Assembly (NCBI GenBank): GCA_951406725.2
Contig: OX597833.1
Span: 45,694,001-45,758,000 of the forward strand
Source: Octopus vulgaris
Taxonomy: Eukaryota
DNA length: 64,000 nucleotides
Direction of reading: 5' to 3'
The position numbers and the translations under genes are program-made. Of this stretch, positions 1 through 14,404 are shown one piece after another. Numbering within the stretch: position 1 is the stretch's first letter; every line of letters starts with the position of its first letter. The notes under the pieces were generated by a model, which was given only the letters and a program-made list of their open reading frames with translations, searched no databases and had not been told where the DNA came from.

Positions 1-1280
1 TTCGCTGTGGATCCTATATATTCTTTTTTCTTCTTATTATTAGAGGTTACAGTACATTTATAAATTACATTATCTTGGTTGCAACCATTATTAACTTTAC
101 ATTTTGATTTATCTTTACATGTGCGTTTATTTAGTATAAGGTTATACTTTTTGTTTGTTATATTTCTTCCGTAGCTATCATTAATATCAATTAAATTGTT
201 ATTATAGGATTTATTTAATTTGACGTTGTTTATAGAGGATATAATATTACTAACGTTTCTTGTCGTTGAATATCCCACTCTGATAGTTTTTTTTTTTTGA
301 GAATAATTTCGAATACTCTTTATTCTTTCTAAGGGATATTTTTATTATGTTCAGAATCAGAATTTCTTTAATCAAGTTAGTTTTGATTTGGACCCCATAA
401 GGGATAATTAACCATATAATTTATTATTAATATTACTATTACTATAATTCATCCTATTATTATTGTTCATTGTCAGTGTATTCTCCGTGGGTATATAATA
501 ATTATGCATATTTCCATTCGAATTCTTTTTGGTATTATCCTTACTATGATCATTTTTATTAATATTATTTATATTTATACTTATATTATATTTATCTTTG
601 CTTCTTTCCTTATATTGTTTATTATTATCTTTGCTATTACCTCTATAGTTAGTTTGAGCATTAGTAGGATTCCTAGTATTATTATTTGGTCTGTAATTAT
701 TATAGAATTTAATTTTCGTATTATATCCGGCTTCTTTTAATACACTATTATAGTAAGGGGCATGTTTATTAAAAGTATCTATATCAGAAGATAACATGGA
801 AATTCTTTTACCTATATTTTCTATTAGTGCTTTTTTGACTGAGCTAGGATGGTTGCTATGGGCATTAATGTACTTTAGGTTCTCGTTTAATTTATGGAAT
901 GCTTGGGTTCCATTGGTTACTAAGTTTAGGTTTTCATCGTGGTAGTTAACCGCAGAATGCTCTTTCTCTATACACATATCTAGACCATCGTTCTTTAAAA
1001 AAATATATAGTTTTTTGTTTATATTTTCTAATGATCTATTAGTGCAGTTTTTTCGTTATCAGGTGTAGGTCGGGCTATAAAGACCTCCTTCTAAGTTAAG
1101 ATGTTCTAACCCAAGTTCAGATAATAGGTATATTCCTACTAAATCTGTTATTTGTGCCGAGTCTGGGCCCCCCCATCGGTATATCGAAGCAATCCCCTGT
1201 GTCCTTCCTAGCCCATAGTTTATTTTTATATCTGATTAGGGATTTCCTCGCCGTAAGTACTACATTAACTTCCTCATAGG
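1..1280 (-). mobile_element. Penelope-like retroelement remnant (RT C-terminal part plus GIY-YIG endonuclease), running off the window start
   Basis: ORF 408-977 contains YINAHSNHPSSVKKALIENIGKRISMLS, a PLE RT thumb motif. Hand translation of 1-125 (-) gives CKDKSKCKVNNGCNQDNVIYKCTV...KEYIGSTA (VIY...YIG). Frameshifts and stops are present. Confidence 0.8.
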
Positions 1281-1713
1281 AAGAGAAGGGGAATAAAATG
1301 CCAACACAAAAATAGATTTACGCATAATAAAATGAAAAATATATGAAATGATACCTCTTCCAGTATGTAATCTCTTAAACAATTAAGAGGAAGATAGTTA
1401 AACGTAGTTTTAATAGAATATATAATAGTATTAGATACCTAAAAACAAGAATAAATGAAAAGAATATTACCTTAAAAAGGATTAGACAGGCCACATATAA
1501 AATAAAATAAATCTCTAAATCTTTAACACTACAAAAAATCTAATTATACCTGAAGATAAGAGTATCTTATTATTATCTCCCCTTGAATTCAACCTCTCAA
1601 ATAATATTCGTCTTAAAGAGTAAGCACATAAATGCGAAACAAGATGGAAAAAATAATACTCAAATACCAGAGGTGGAGTAATATGCTTTATTAAAAATCA
1701 GCAAAAATATCAC

Positions 1714-1766
1714 AAAAATTGTTACTCAGAAGTTCACGTTCTCGTTCTCGTTCGTCGGACAGTTTT
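1714..1766 (-). ncRNA. Degenerate minimal type I hammerhead-like motif (PLE pseudo-LTR)
   Basis: Minus strand reads aaaactgt-CCGACGA-acg..cgt-GAAc-ttctgag-TA-acaatttt. An AATAAA lies downstream on the same strand. Confidence 0.45.
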
Positions 1767-2589
1767 GTCTGTTTATACATGTTTAAAACTTTACCTGAAG
1801 ATGGTGGATTTATGTTATGATGGAGACCCACAAAAATCTAGCCGTAAATATCAGTATTGATTGCCTGATAATTATAGTATTGTATGTTTGTCATAAAATA
1901 TTATGATATGACTATAGTTATGTAAGGTGGTATCTGATTAAAATTTCTCTACTGGGAAAGCATATACGAATGTTAGTCTTACTGAACAAATTGTATAGAA
2001 AACAGTTTTTTGATGAAAATTAGCCGACGAACAGAAATTTCAACAAAAAGCCACAAGCAGACTATGTACATATATATATATTGTTGAGAAAGCGAATACA
2101 AACGGTTTATAAACGTCTATGTACGTATTTCACATCCTTGCAAATTTTCATATTTTAGAAAGCAAATAGTATAACTATGACTTGACGGAAGCAAGACAAA
2201 GGAAAAACGTATGTGCGCGCGTATATATTTATGTACAAGCTACTGATGGATGGACAAATAAAACATTCGTGTAGAATGTGGCTTTGGGTTGAAATGGATT
2301 TCATTTTATATGTACATATCTCAAATATTCGTGTAATGAACAATTTGGTTAACAAACAAGACTCCCGAACGGATCGTATTCATATATAAAGACCTCACTG
2401 CATACCTTTATACCGCCACAAATGACAGATCTTTAGCTTAAAGCATTTTCTTATCATTCCATTAAACGATTGACACTACTGTAGAACATGGTGCCATCGC
2501 TTTACTGTGATGTATTCAATAATAATTAGAAGATATCGAAAACATTATCGAGAGTGTAAATTGATCTATTACATTGTGTAATATGATTT

Positions 2590-3032
2590 TTGTCCTTGGG
2601 TGGCACTTGTAATTTTCTATTTGCTTACTCCTAAAAATTAGGATAAATAGGTAATATTTCCTTCAAACTTTGCTTTTGTTACATTTATTCAAACCCCAAA
2701 GGATCTCTCAATACATGGCTATCATGTTCCCCCCCACTACTCCTGCATATATAATATATCAGAGGTGCATATATTGTCATCCTCTAAGAGACATGCTCAA
2801 GTGGTTATGGTCAAGCAACTGACAAGCAAATCTGTAGCATTGAGCAGAATATTTGCTATAACAATATTTCTGCTTCAGCAAGTCAGTGCTGAATCTATCT
2901 GAAATGTAATGGAAAATAGGTCCGTTTCAATACATTGATGTCCAGGTGACAAAAGCAAAGTTTGAAGGGAATAGTTGGCATTTCCTTTGATTTCTAGATA
3001 GAAGCAAATAAGAAATAACACTGACCAAAGAC
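2590..3032. mobile_element. MITE or DNA-transposon remnant with ~90-bp imperfect terminal inverted repeats
   Basis: ccttcaaactttgcttttgttac (~2660-2682) is the near reverse complement of gtgacaaaagcaaagtttgaagg (~2947-2969). tatttgctt and aagcaaata also pair. Confidence 0.55.
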
Positions 3033-3629
3033 AATAAATAAATAAATAAAAATGTTGTTACACATTGTTATCGAATACTTTTATTCTTTAAATACTTTCA
3101 GTGTTGAATGTTTTCGTTGTTTCAATACAAAAGTATATAATGAGAACAATGAATATCTTTGAAATAACGAGACTATTAATTCTCAAAAGCAGGTTAGCTT
3201 TTAGTTCATTTGACATTAATTATTCGGTCGATCAGCTGGCAATGCATATAACTACATTTTAACCCATATTTCTCAGGTATCCAACTCATATTTCTATTCA
3301 TTTGTATTATTTTTATTAGTTATTTTAAAATACAACCTTGACATTAAGTAATGGACGTTTTTAACTAGCACCCAAACGGCTGATGTTCTTTCTTTACATA
3401 TTATTTCTTTACATATTTATAGCTTTGTGCCAATGTTGAAGTCAGTATTAAGTAGAAAAGAAATATTTTAAGTGAATTAGACAATAAGCATAAACTATTG
3501 ACTGTTCTCATTATCAACACGCAAGGTCAGATTTTGCAAGGCGAAGAGAAGTCAATATAGATTTATTTTATATACCTGCAGTATATACGCACGTGTATAA
3601 GTAGGTATGCCTCTTCTATCTTTTAAATA

Positions 3630-4990
3630 TAAATCTTCCACTGAGGAGAGAGCCGGTTTCCAATAAAGATACACAGCTCCGTCTTTGGGATGTCACTAAC
3701 ATAGAAAAATTCACATTTGGAACTTGAGAAAAGTCTTGTATATTTTTACTGTTCCACTTACTGATTGCACATGTAACGTGCGAATTAGCCGGTCGATTTC
3801 TCTTTTTGAAAATCCTAGTTTATCCAGATTCTCCTTTAAGCATTTAGTAACAAAACCTGGTGTTCTAATTATTATTGGTATGAATATGAATTCATAGTCT
3901 GGATATAAAAGCTGGTGGTTTCGAAGCAGTTGTTCATAGATATCCTCTTTTTCTTTGATTTTCAAAGAGATATTTATATCTGCAGAGCAGGTAACCTCTA
4001 TGATGGTACATACCTTTGCCCCTCTGTCCCAAACAACAATATCCGGTCTGTTATGTTTACATTTGACAGAAGTTTTGACTGGAATATTTCACCAGTATTC
4101 CTTGAGTTGGTATTTATGAATGTATTCCATAACAGAGGGATTTTCTAAGTTTATTTCAGGATAGTCTTTTTTTTTTGTGGATGGCATTGTAAATTGTTTT
4201 AGCAACAACATCGTGCAGTATAGGGAGGTAGTACCGTGATTACATTTTAGGACAGCTACTAATCACATATGCGACGTCTTCCACAGAAACATGACATAAC
4301 CTACACATGCGGTTGCACCTTGGGATTACAAAAGCTTCACTGTCTCTCTTGTTCACCAGGTACATTGTGGAAATCTGTTCCTGGATTGCAACGCATAGCC
4401 TTCAAAACATGATGTGATGTAGCGGTCTTGTGTCCAAGAGAGGCTGTGCTTCGTGTCAATTCTGCCGTCTTTTTCAAGCTTCCGGGCAACATACTCATGC
4501 ATATTCATTTTTTTGTATGCTGAGTGCTTTCCATCCAGGTCTTCTCTGAGGTAAGAGAGCTCAGCTGTTTTGGGGCTGTATAGGAAATCATCAGGAAGAG
4601 AGTGCTTCTTGAGGAGTTCACTGCGAATTCGTACAATGTTGCGCACATCACTTTTCAGCACTGCGTTTATATATTTATTTTTGCTGCTGTTGTTTAGCAG
4701 GTGCTGCTTGAGAGATACCATACTGCATTCGAAGGCCGTCTGTACTGATCTCAGGCCTTTACCACCTTTGTTTCTTCTTAGGTAGAGCCTGTCAACATCA
4801 CTGCTTCTGCGGAAGTTCCCAGTTGTTGTCAGGATTTTGCGGGTTTTGATATCTATGAAGTGGATTTCCTCTACAGACCAATCAAGTATCCCAAATCAGA
4901 ACTGGTACTGCAAATGCATTGTGGGATAGTGTTTTGATGTAAGAGGAGAGTTCCGACTGCCATATTTTCCTAAGTCTGGTGCAATATTTT
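3630..4990 (-). mobile_element. Non-LTR retrotransposon 3' remnant with CCHC knuckle and restriction-like endonuclease (R4/NeSL-like)
   Basis: Minus-strand fragments: KTLSHNAFAVPVL, CRLCHVSVEDVAYVISSC, NIPVKTSVKCKHNRPDIVVWD...IIEV, KIKEKEDIYEQL...IPIII. This is the PD-(D/E)xK arrangement, with multiple stops and frameshifts. Confidence 0.75.
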
Positions 4991-6329
4991 CGGATCACTC
5001 TATCTTTGTATGTATGTACGTACTTACGTACATATGTACGTGTATGTATGTATGTATGTATGTATGTATGTATGTATGTATGTATAATATGCATACAGAT
5101 GTGTGTGTGTATGTGTGTGTGTTTTCCCGATGGGTAGAATGTCGTATTTTTCGGCCATGGTATGTAGACACTCCCTTGTCAGTAAATCGGTGACTGAACA
5201 GTTGAAAACTGCAACCAATGAAACTCTTGTTCATATAAATAAAATTATTAAGTGAGACGGAAGCAATAGCTTAATGGAATCATTTGATCGAATGACAAAA
5301 GCCCTTGCGGCATGTAATTATACTTTTTTTTTACATTCTGAGTTTAATTCCGACAGAGATTATTTTTTGCCTTTAATAATTAGAGTACAAAGGCCAAAAA
5401 ACGTCTTTGACCATGACCTGGGAAACAACTCCGAAAGGAATTTCTCAACCGTCAACTAGAACTTTTCAACTATCAACTAGAGAATTAAAAAATATTTTAT
5501 TTTTATAATATTTTTGTTATTTTTGTAAAATCTCAGAAAATAACTAAAAATTCACATTTCTTGTCAAATTATTTTGTTATATTTGTCTATCTATCCAACT
5601 GTAAACATTTTAAACATTTCACTAACATTTTGTTATAATTTGGCAAAGAGGTACATATTTTGCCAAAAATTGCTAAATTTGTTCCCACATTCTTCTTTAT
5701 CCATAACCAGAATCGTAAACTTTCTCTTGAAAATATTTCAAACTAGTCAAAGTTGAGAGTTTGACAGAGACAGATTTGGGAAGAAATACACTTGACCCTA
5801 AATCGCTGGTCAGAAGCTGGAATTTCGAAGAATCCCGTCCATATGTCCGTTCTTGCCGTCTGCTCATCCAAAACAGAATTCTCTTAAATATCCCGCTTGG
5901 TCTCAAGACGTCACTCCATTTCCCCCTTACTTCCGGAACGTCACCAACTAGTCACTAAGTTCCTTTCAGGTGCATCATCCTATGTATCACAATAATTTTA
6001 CGTGAGATAAAATAGAGTAGCTGGAAGCGATTGGCAATCCTAGATATGAATTGTTCTTTTTGTCGGTTAGTCAACAGGGAAGGCAATGCCCATTCACAAA
6101 GATGGACAGATTGCTGTAATGGAAATAGGGACAAAGGTATTCTCGAACCGAAAGTATGTTCCGAATACATGCAATAAAGTGGAATCTGCTAAGCACAAGA
6201 GCTTGACAGCAATGTTAAAATGGGTAAAGAATTAAATACATCTCCCACGGAACCCAAGTAATCGATGACAGCATTTCGTCATCAAGACACACGAGGTCGT
6301 GACAAAAATTCTTGTCATAATCTCACCAG

Positions 6330-6650
6330 ATTTAGCGGACGGAAACTGAAAGAAGCCCGTCTTATAGACACACACACACACACACACGTACTCTCTCTCA
6401 CACACACACGCACTCACACACAAGTATATATGTGTGTGTATGTCTTTGTGTGTGTGTCTTTGTACCACCACCACCGCTTTTACAACTGGTGTTAGTTTGT
6501 TTAGATTCCCTTAACTTAGCAGTACGACAAAAATTGACTGATGAAATAAGTACAAGGTTTAAACAAAAATCAAGTACTAGGGCCGATTTGTTCAAATAAA
6601 CCCTTCAAGGCGGGTGTGGCCGCAGTCGAATGACTGAAACAGGTAAAAGC
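6330..6650 (+). mobile_element. Diverged copy of the octopus-type SINE (family A)
   Basis: Shares gacggaaactgaaagaagcccgt, a CA/TG tract and the tail aaggcgg...ggccgcagtc.aatgactgaaac with the copy at 15078. Confidence 0.7.
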
Positions 6651-6892
6651 TAGAAGACCAAAAAAAAGAGTCACATACCGGTTCTATTAAGGACAACAAA
6701 ATAATTGTGTTGTTTGCCAAACTGTACTACATATTGTTGTTAAGACTACAACAGATCTATCTAGAAAATGAAGAAGAAGAAAACTAGAAGATATATATAT
6801 ATATATATATATATAAAAAAAAAAAAAAAAAAAATATATAATGTATATATATATGTATGTATATATGTATATACATATGACATATGTGTTAT

Positions 6893-6980
<88 letters not shown>

Positions 6981-7003
6981 ATTATATGTATATATGTATA
7001 TAC

Positions 7004-7058
<55 letters not shown>

Positions 7059-7559
7059 GAAGGGAGAGCGAGAGAAGGAGAGGGGAGCGAGAGAAAAGAA
7101 ACACACACACGCACACACATATATACAGGGAAAGAGAGAGGGAGAGAGAGAGAATGAGAGACAGAGAGATACATAACATATATGAGAAATGGAGCAAAAG
7201 TGGGAGAAGGTAGAGGCTGAGAACAATATCCCATAACCATGACGAAATCGATAATGGCCATTGCTTTGTAGGAAACAATAGAAACAGCTGTTACATAACG
7301 AATGGATTTGTGCTAATTTGATTTATCATAAACGGCCTGGTTCGTACATCAGGGTCTTTTTATTATGACTGTAAAAGAAAAAAAACAAAGGTTGTAAAGA
7401 GAAACGAAAGAGAAAACACAAATAAAGAAACAATTATAAAAGGACATGAATACCATTTGTTATTTATTTAAATGTGAAGAGGACTGCTTCTGTCAGCTTT
7501 TCGAGGTATGGTGTTTCGTGTGTCATTCTTCCTGCCGAGGATTTGAGTTACCCTTTGTA

Positions 7560-7626
<67 letters not shown>

Positions 7627-7788
7627 CACACAGGAGCACAAAAACTCACGCGCATATTTGAACATAGACGTCCCCACAGGCAACAAGAAGCGGACATATA
7701 TATGAACTGTATATATCTATAAACAAATATGAAAATGTGTGAGTTGTGTTTGTGGGGAGTATGTGGCTGGTTGGGTGTGTGATGTGTG

Positions 7789-7848
<60 letters not shown>

Positions 7849-9382
7849 CGTATGGAAGACCAAGTATGACATTTAGTTTTTCAATATTTATCATATTCTA
7901 AATACCACACACTTGGGATTGGGGTTTCGTGTCCAATTACAACAACTAAAAATATTTACTAACTGCTTTGAAACCTTCAATATATATATAAGTACACACA
8001 CACACATTAGGGGTGTTCTCATTTTATTTTTTTTTTTGCAATTTTTCTTCAATACAGAAACAGAGAAAGAACTGTCTTTAAACCTAGTAAATCTGGTCAT
8101 TCGTTGAAATTTAGACACCATCGACTACAAAGGCGTCACTTACTTTAAAAACAAAAATGTACTGATAAATAAATGCTAATTTTTACCGTTAATTTAACCA
8201 TTGATGATTTAAGCTTATTTGTATGGATAAAAATTAAATAAGTTGAAACATTTAAAATTAATCTTACGTACCTTTTAATAGTCTCAATAGCTTCTCTTAA
8301 TTTAAGATAAAAAACTGAATGTGTATATTAAATAAGGTAAGTCAAATCTCTAACTAGCGACCTGAGTAGGAGACTGTCCTCTCAACCAATGCACTGCTGT
8401 GGGTACCACTAGATGACGGACTTTGGTGATGATGTTATTCTACGCTTTCCGATCCATGACACTAGCATTATCATCCTTGAGGTCGAAGCACTGCGATTTC
8501 AGGTCTTCCTCAATTTGTTTCGCATGTGTCTCCTTAAGGACCAATGCCGTCTTTTCGGCACGCTGGTCCCGCCTGTCCTCTTCTACAGCGCTGAAACCTG
8601 AATCATCATCTAACAGCTCCAGGTGTTCCAAATGTGGTGTCTTCATCAGGTCCTTGGTGTTTCTCTATGTGACCGAACAATGCCAGCAGCAGCCGACCAC
8701 TGAAGACCGATGTTGTTTGGCCATGTCTGCAGAATAAGCACCGGAAGACCACCACTCCAGCTTTCGTGTGTATTAATGATCGCGAAACATATATTGTATG
8801 GCACTGAAACTTAGGCTGGTACTTGAAATAACTCAAAATGGAATCACATCTATGAGGCATTGAATTTGGTGATCGTATAATTTGGAATTTCTTCCTACTG
8901 TTTTTTTTTTGGCTATATAATCATGCAATTTCTTCAATTTTCTGGAGTTTATTTACCGAATATTCATGACGACTCGCTTCCATAAGTTTTCTTCACAAGA
9001 CTTAAATCCAAAAATTGTGCTGGACACTGTAACACTCGATTTAATTTTGTTTTAGGTGAATTCCTTGATTATTCTTCTGGCATTCTTCGCAGTTGTTATT
9101 TTGATGGGAAATCCATGACCAGGCAAAATGAATTTTGGTATATGAGAGCATATGTCAAAATCTCTATGATCTCTAGAAAGATTGTGCCGTTTATGAGGTC
9201 CTTGATTAGATGTATGAGACCAATCCATTTTCCAAACATGCAGCGCCAATCAAAGATAATACCATGATAATCCATGATAATCCATGAAAATACTACCACC
9301 ACACGCGTTTGTATGTGGACAAGCATACAAGGCATTGCATATGTGATTTGTATGTTTTGGCATACTTACCTATGTGTACAAA

Positions 9383-9447
<65 letters not shown>

Positions 9448-9611
9448 AAAGACAACGAATATAAGATAGAATAATAAGCGAGTGAAGTACGAATATATAG
9501 TGCATGTGTTTATTTGCCCCACACCCCACACAAGATCATCTCGAAATATAACAATATCTGTTTCAACACACGGTTTCACATCAGGAATCTTGCGACACAA
9601 ATTCATAAACC

Positions 9612-9654
<43 letters not shown>

Positions 9655-9698
9655 GTGTGTGTGTCCATATGTGTGTGCATACACACACATATATATAC

Positions 9699-9766
<68 letters not shown>

Positions 9767-10630
9767 GCATGTACTTATATATATAGTTGATGTCTATACG
9801 TATGTATATGCATGTACTTATAAGCGTGCTTTTTCATTGTTTTACATATTGTAATTGTAAATTTATAAATTTAGCCAAACCGTACCTGGTTTTGCAAATG
9901 CTAGTTTCATAAGATTAGTGCTGACCCAATTATCTCGGTCATATGTCTACCATTATAGGCCCGAACGTAATAGCTGCAGACGTTTCGTTAATTCAGCAGA
10001 GACGAATTTTGAAAACTTTTATTTTTGACATTATGTTAACATCTGAAACTCAACTGATATTTAGTACAGTAGACACGGTTTTATCTCTCTCAAATTATTA
10101 TGTCTATGTTGTGGCGACATTTTACGGAGACAAGTACGTTTCACTAGTATTCGTTCGTAATATGAGTGAGGATACCTTGTACGTCAGTTTGACCTTTTAA
10201 ATTTATATTTTTCAGGGTTATCATTTATCCAGAATTGTATATTATAATCTTTAGAAAACTACAACGTACCTGATTAGTATGTATACATGTATGTTGGTCA
10301 CTATTCAGTTTTGTTTCAAGATTTCTTGCCTATAGAGAAAGAGCCGGTTTCTAACGTAGATCCAAGGTCCTTCATTGAAATTTCAATATCAACAGGATAT
10401 TTTGTTTGTATGTATGTATGTATGTATGTATGTATGTATGTATGTATGTATGTATGTATGTATGTATGTATGTGCCTGTCTGTCTGTCTATCCATCCATC
10501 CATCCACCCACCTACCTACCTACCTACCTACCTACCTACCTATCTATCTATCTATCTATCTATCCATCCATCCATCCATCCATCCATGTATGTATGTATG
10601 TATGTATGTATGTATGTATGTATGTATGTA

Positions 10631-10718
<88 letters not shown>

Positions 10719-11066
10719 AACCGATCTAGTGAGTGATGACAGCTGCTTATGTGATTTAGACCATCGGTGCTAATTTCACAGAGCTTGCATAACCTGTTAT
10801 TTCAAGGTTTCTTACCTGCATCCCTATTTCTGCTGTTATTTTGTTGCTATTTCCTGTTCCTCGACTGTAAAAGTATACCTTCTAAGTGAAAACTAATATG
10901 CCATTTATCTGTGATACTATCACTTTAACACTTTCTGGTAACACACCAACGTATGAACTTCTGTTCATAAGCAAAAAGCTATCATTTGAACTAATATACC
11001 TGTTTGTTGTTCCTACACCTATCGTGGTCTTGTTTTCTGTAAGTTTGAACTATATGTGTGTGTGTT

Positions 11067-11104
<38 letters not shown>

Positions 11105-11291
11105 TACCCCACCGTCATTTTACAACTGTTGGTGTGTTTACGTCCCTGTAAACTAGCGGCTCGGCAAAAGAAACCGATATAATAAGTACTACGTATACAA
11201 AGAACAAGCCCTGGGGTCGAATTGCTCGACTAAAGGCAGTGCCCCAGCATAGCCGAGGTCAAAATGACTGAAACTAGTAAAAGAATAAAAG
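11105..11291 (+). mobile_element. SINE family A 3' module
   Basis: ggtgtgtttacgtccc...ggggtcga...actaaaggc...aatgactgaaactagtaaaagaataaaa. Confidence 0.75.
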
Positions 11292-11302
11292 TACATATAC
11301 AT

Positions 11303-11484
<182 letters not shown>

Positions 11485-11563
11485 ATATATATATATATAC
11501 ATACACATACACACACATTCACTCACACACACACATACACACACACACACACACACATATATG

Positions 11564-11620
<57 letters not shown>

Positions 11621-11621
<1 letters not shown>

Positions 11622-12236
11622 GAGGAAAACAATTAGTTTTAAATCTCTGAGCGAGAAGTAAGAAGTAACAGTACTACATAGTAAAATCTATTTGCCAACG
11701 CAAAGTGGCAGTCCTGATTAGGACGATGTTCCTGCCTTTTGTAGCCCCAAGAAAACATCTTGGGGCTAATGTCCCCACTCAGCCTTAAACGGTACCTGCG
11801 GACCATAGTTTCTGGGTTATTTCGCTTCATCGGCACATGTCCTAATCAAGACTGCCACTTTACATTGGCAAATAGATTTTACTCTGTAGTACTGTCACTA
11901 CATACTTACTTCTCGCTTAGAGATTTAAAACCAAATGTTTTCCTCTTTACGAGCTCAGTGACTGTATGTCACTTTGAAAGTAAATACCTCGAAAAGACCT
12001 AGTGCTGCTATCTCTAGCCAACGGTTATCCTGTGACGATGAAGAGAAATAACCCAGAAACCATGGTCCGCAGGTACCGTTTAAGGCTGAGTGGGGACATT
12101 AGCTCCCTTGTTCAAGATATAAGGATGCAATTGTGTGTTGGTAGCCAGCTGGAAAAGACGTATTTCTGGGGCTAAAAAAGGTAGTAACATCGTCCTAATC
12201 AGGACTGCCACTTTACGTTGGGAGAGATAGATTTTA

Positions 12237-12240
<4 letters not shown>
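11621..12240. repeat. Nested inverted-repeat (foldback) element containing two oppositely oriented hammerhead-like motifs
   Basis: Three imperfect reverse-complement pairs: 11621-11724 with 11839-11946, 11762-11832 with 12036-12106, and ~11676-11752 with ~12162-12240. Confidence 0.85.
12029..12073 (+). ncRNA. Minimal type I hammerhead-like motif with palindromic stem III
   Basis: cctgtg-ACGATGA-agagaaataaccca-GAAA-ccatgg-TC-cgcagg. The inverted copy at 11795-11839 has the core CCGATGA. Confidence 0.6.
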
Positions 12241-12331
<91 letters not shown>

Positions 12332-12352
12332 GTGCATATATATATATATGTG

Positions 12353-12390
<38 letters not shown>

Positions 12391-13139
12391 TATAGTTTTC
12401 ATGTATGTATGTTTAAATATATATATACGTTTATAATATATATATATATATATATATTCACGTATATTTGTACATATGTTTGTGTGTGCGTGTATGTGTG
12501 TGTATTCATACATGCAATATGTATTTGTGCATGAGCGTGTACATGTATGCATAAGTTTACTTCGTGCTTATTTGCACTAAAGATTCCCCCCTCCCACACA
12601 CACACACCTCTTCATAAATAAACTAACAAATAAACATAAGGCATTTAAAGTTGGAAAAGGTTGAAGTCAACAAATGCAAGACTTGAAATAGCATTTAAAT
12701 GAGACTCAAAGTACAACATCCTTGTGATGATCAATAATGATTTTACATTCAGTATGAATTGCTGCTTTTGAGTAGCTCCAGACAAGAGCTCTCTATTCGG
12801 CAGGACTTTGTGTTGCCGGAATAATATAAACAACAGTTGACTTTTGAAATACATTTTACTATTGAAAAGGGCAGTTATTGTTTTAGTATGTTCATACTGA
12901 ATGATTTACGAGTGGGATATTGAAATTTTATAACAATTTTCATTATCATGTATTCATCTTGAAAATGATGAAAAAACTATTAATTCATTTAATTATTAGC
13001 AAAATAAATAGCTTAAATCATTAAAAATGCCCTGCTATGTAATATACATACCAGTGTGTGTGTGTGTCTGTGAGTGTGTGTGTGTGTTTGTGTGTGTGTG
13101 TGTTTGTGTGTGTATGTGTGTGTTTGTGTGTGTGTGTTT

Positions 13140-13335
13140 GTCCCTCTAACATCGCTTGACAACAGATGCTGGTGTGTTTACATCCCCGTGACTTAGCGAT
13201 TCAGCAAAAGGAACCGATAGAATAAACACTAGGCTTACAAAGAATAAGCCGGTGTGGGGTCGATTTGCTTGACTAAAGGCGGTGCTCCAGCATGGCAGCA
13301 GTCAATTGACTAAAACAAGTAAAAGAATAAAAGAA
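13140..13335 (+). mobile_element. SINE family A 3' module
   Basis: catcgcttgacaac.gatgctggtgtgtttac...gactaaaggcggtgctccagcatgg...aagtaaaagaataaaag. Confidence 0.8.
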
Positions 13336-13499
13336 TATATATAAAAAAGAAAATAGTGTGTATATGTATGTATGTATGTATGTAAATATATATATATATA
13401 TATATACACATATATACATATATATATATACATATATACATATATACACGTATATATAAATATATATATATATATATATGCATATATATATATAAATAT

Positions 13500-13806
13500 A
13501 GACCCTAGTCTAGATTGCGAATCCTCTGTACCCCAGGAAGGTTCAGCTCTTTACCCGTTAAAAGCCACCGTTTACGGAATGAGGATAACAACGTAGCTTT
13601 CACACCCGTGCAACAGCCAGTCTATCGCGTGTGTTGGGTGGATCTTCAAGTTGCCACACGCGTTCTTAGTAGCTTAGAGTAAGCTCGAATTAGAGATTAT
13701 TCTTTGTAGCTAATGGCGTGTGAGTCCTGATTGGAAGAAGAAGAAGAAGAAGAAGAAGAAGAAGAAGAAGAAGAAGAAGAAGAAGAAGAAGAAGAAGAAG
13801 AAGAAA
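13500..13806 (+). mobile_element. Probable retroposon 3' end terminating in a (GAA)n tail
   Basis: A GC-richer ~235-bp block ends abruptly in a long (GAA)n run at 13734-13805. The family was not recognised. Confidence 0.35.
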
Positions 13807-14069
13807 AACAACAACAACAGCTACAACAACAAAAACAGCAATGAAAATTTAAAGAATGAAGTGTCATAAAATGATGGATGGCGGAGATGTCTCAGAATAG
13901 TTATATCTTTTACATTCTGACTTCAAATCCCGTTCTCAGGCGAATATGCCTTTCGCCTCGCAAGGATCAACAAGAATTGAAAATAGCCGCCATATAGACA
14001 TATAGCGGTGTTGTTTCGGAAGGTTATACACCCGTCTTTGCGGCCTTGTGCAGCAATTTAAAAAGCATT

Positions 14070-14212
14070 TGGTTGTATGGTAAGAAGCTTGCTTTTCAAC
14101 CACATGGTTCCGGATTCAGTGGCACCTTGGGCAAGTGACTTCTAGTATAGCCATGGGCCACTAAAGCCTTATGAGTGGATTTGGGAAACGGAAACTGAAA
14201 AAAACCCGTCGC
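14070..14212 (+). mobile_element. SINE family A 5' module, truncated
   Basis: tggtaagaagcttgct...catggttccggattcagt...cttgggcaagtg...gagtggatttgg...ggaaactgaa. Confidence 0.7.
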
Positions 14213-14297
14213 ATATTTCCTGAGCGCCATACTAATACAATTGTTCGTTTGTTTTCCACCTGCCTTCGTCTTTTGTCTATTTTCATAAAGCTTCCCG

Positions 14298-14404
<107 letters not shown>

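Noticed and set aside
5690-6240. Possible solo LTR or promoter (GC-richer block with gatatttaag on the minus strand)
   Set aside because: No TG..CA termini, TSD or second copy could be identified.
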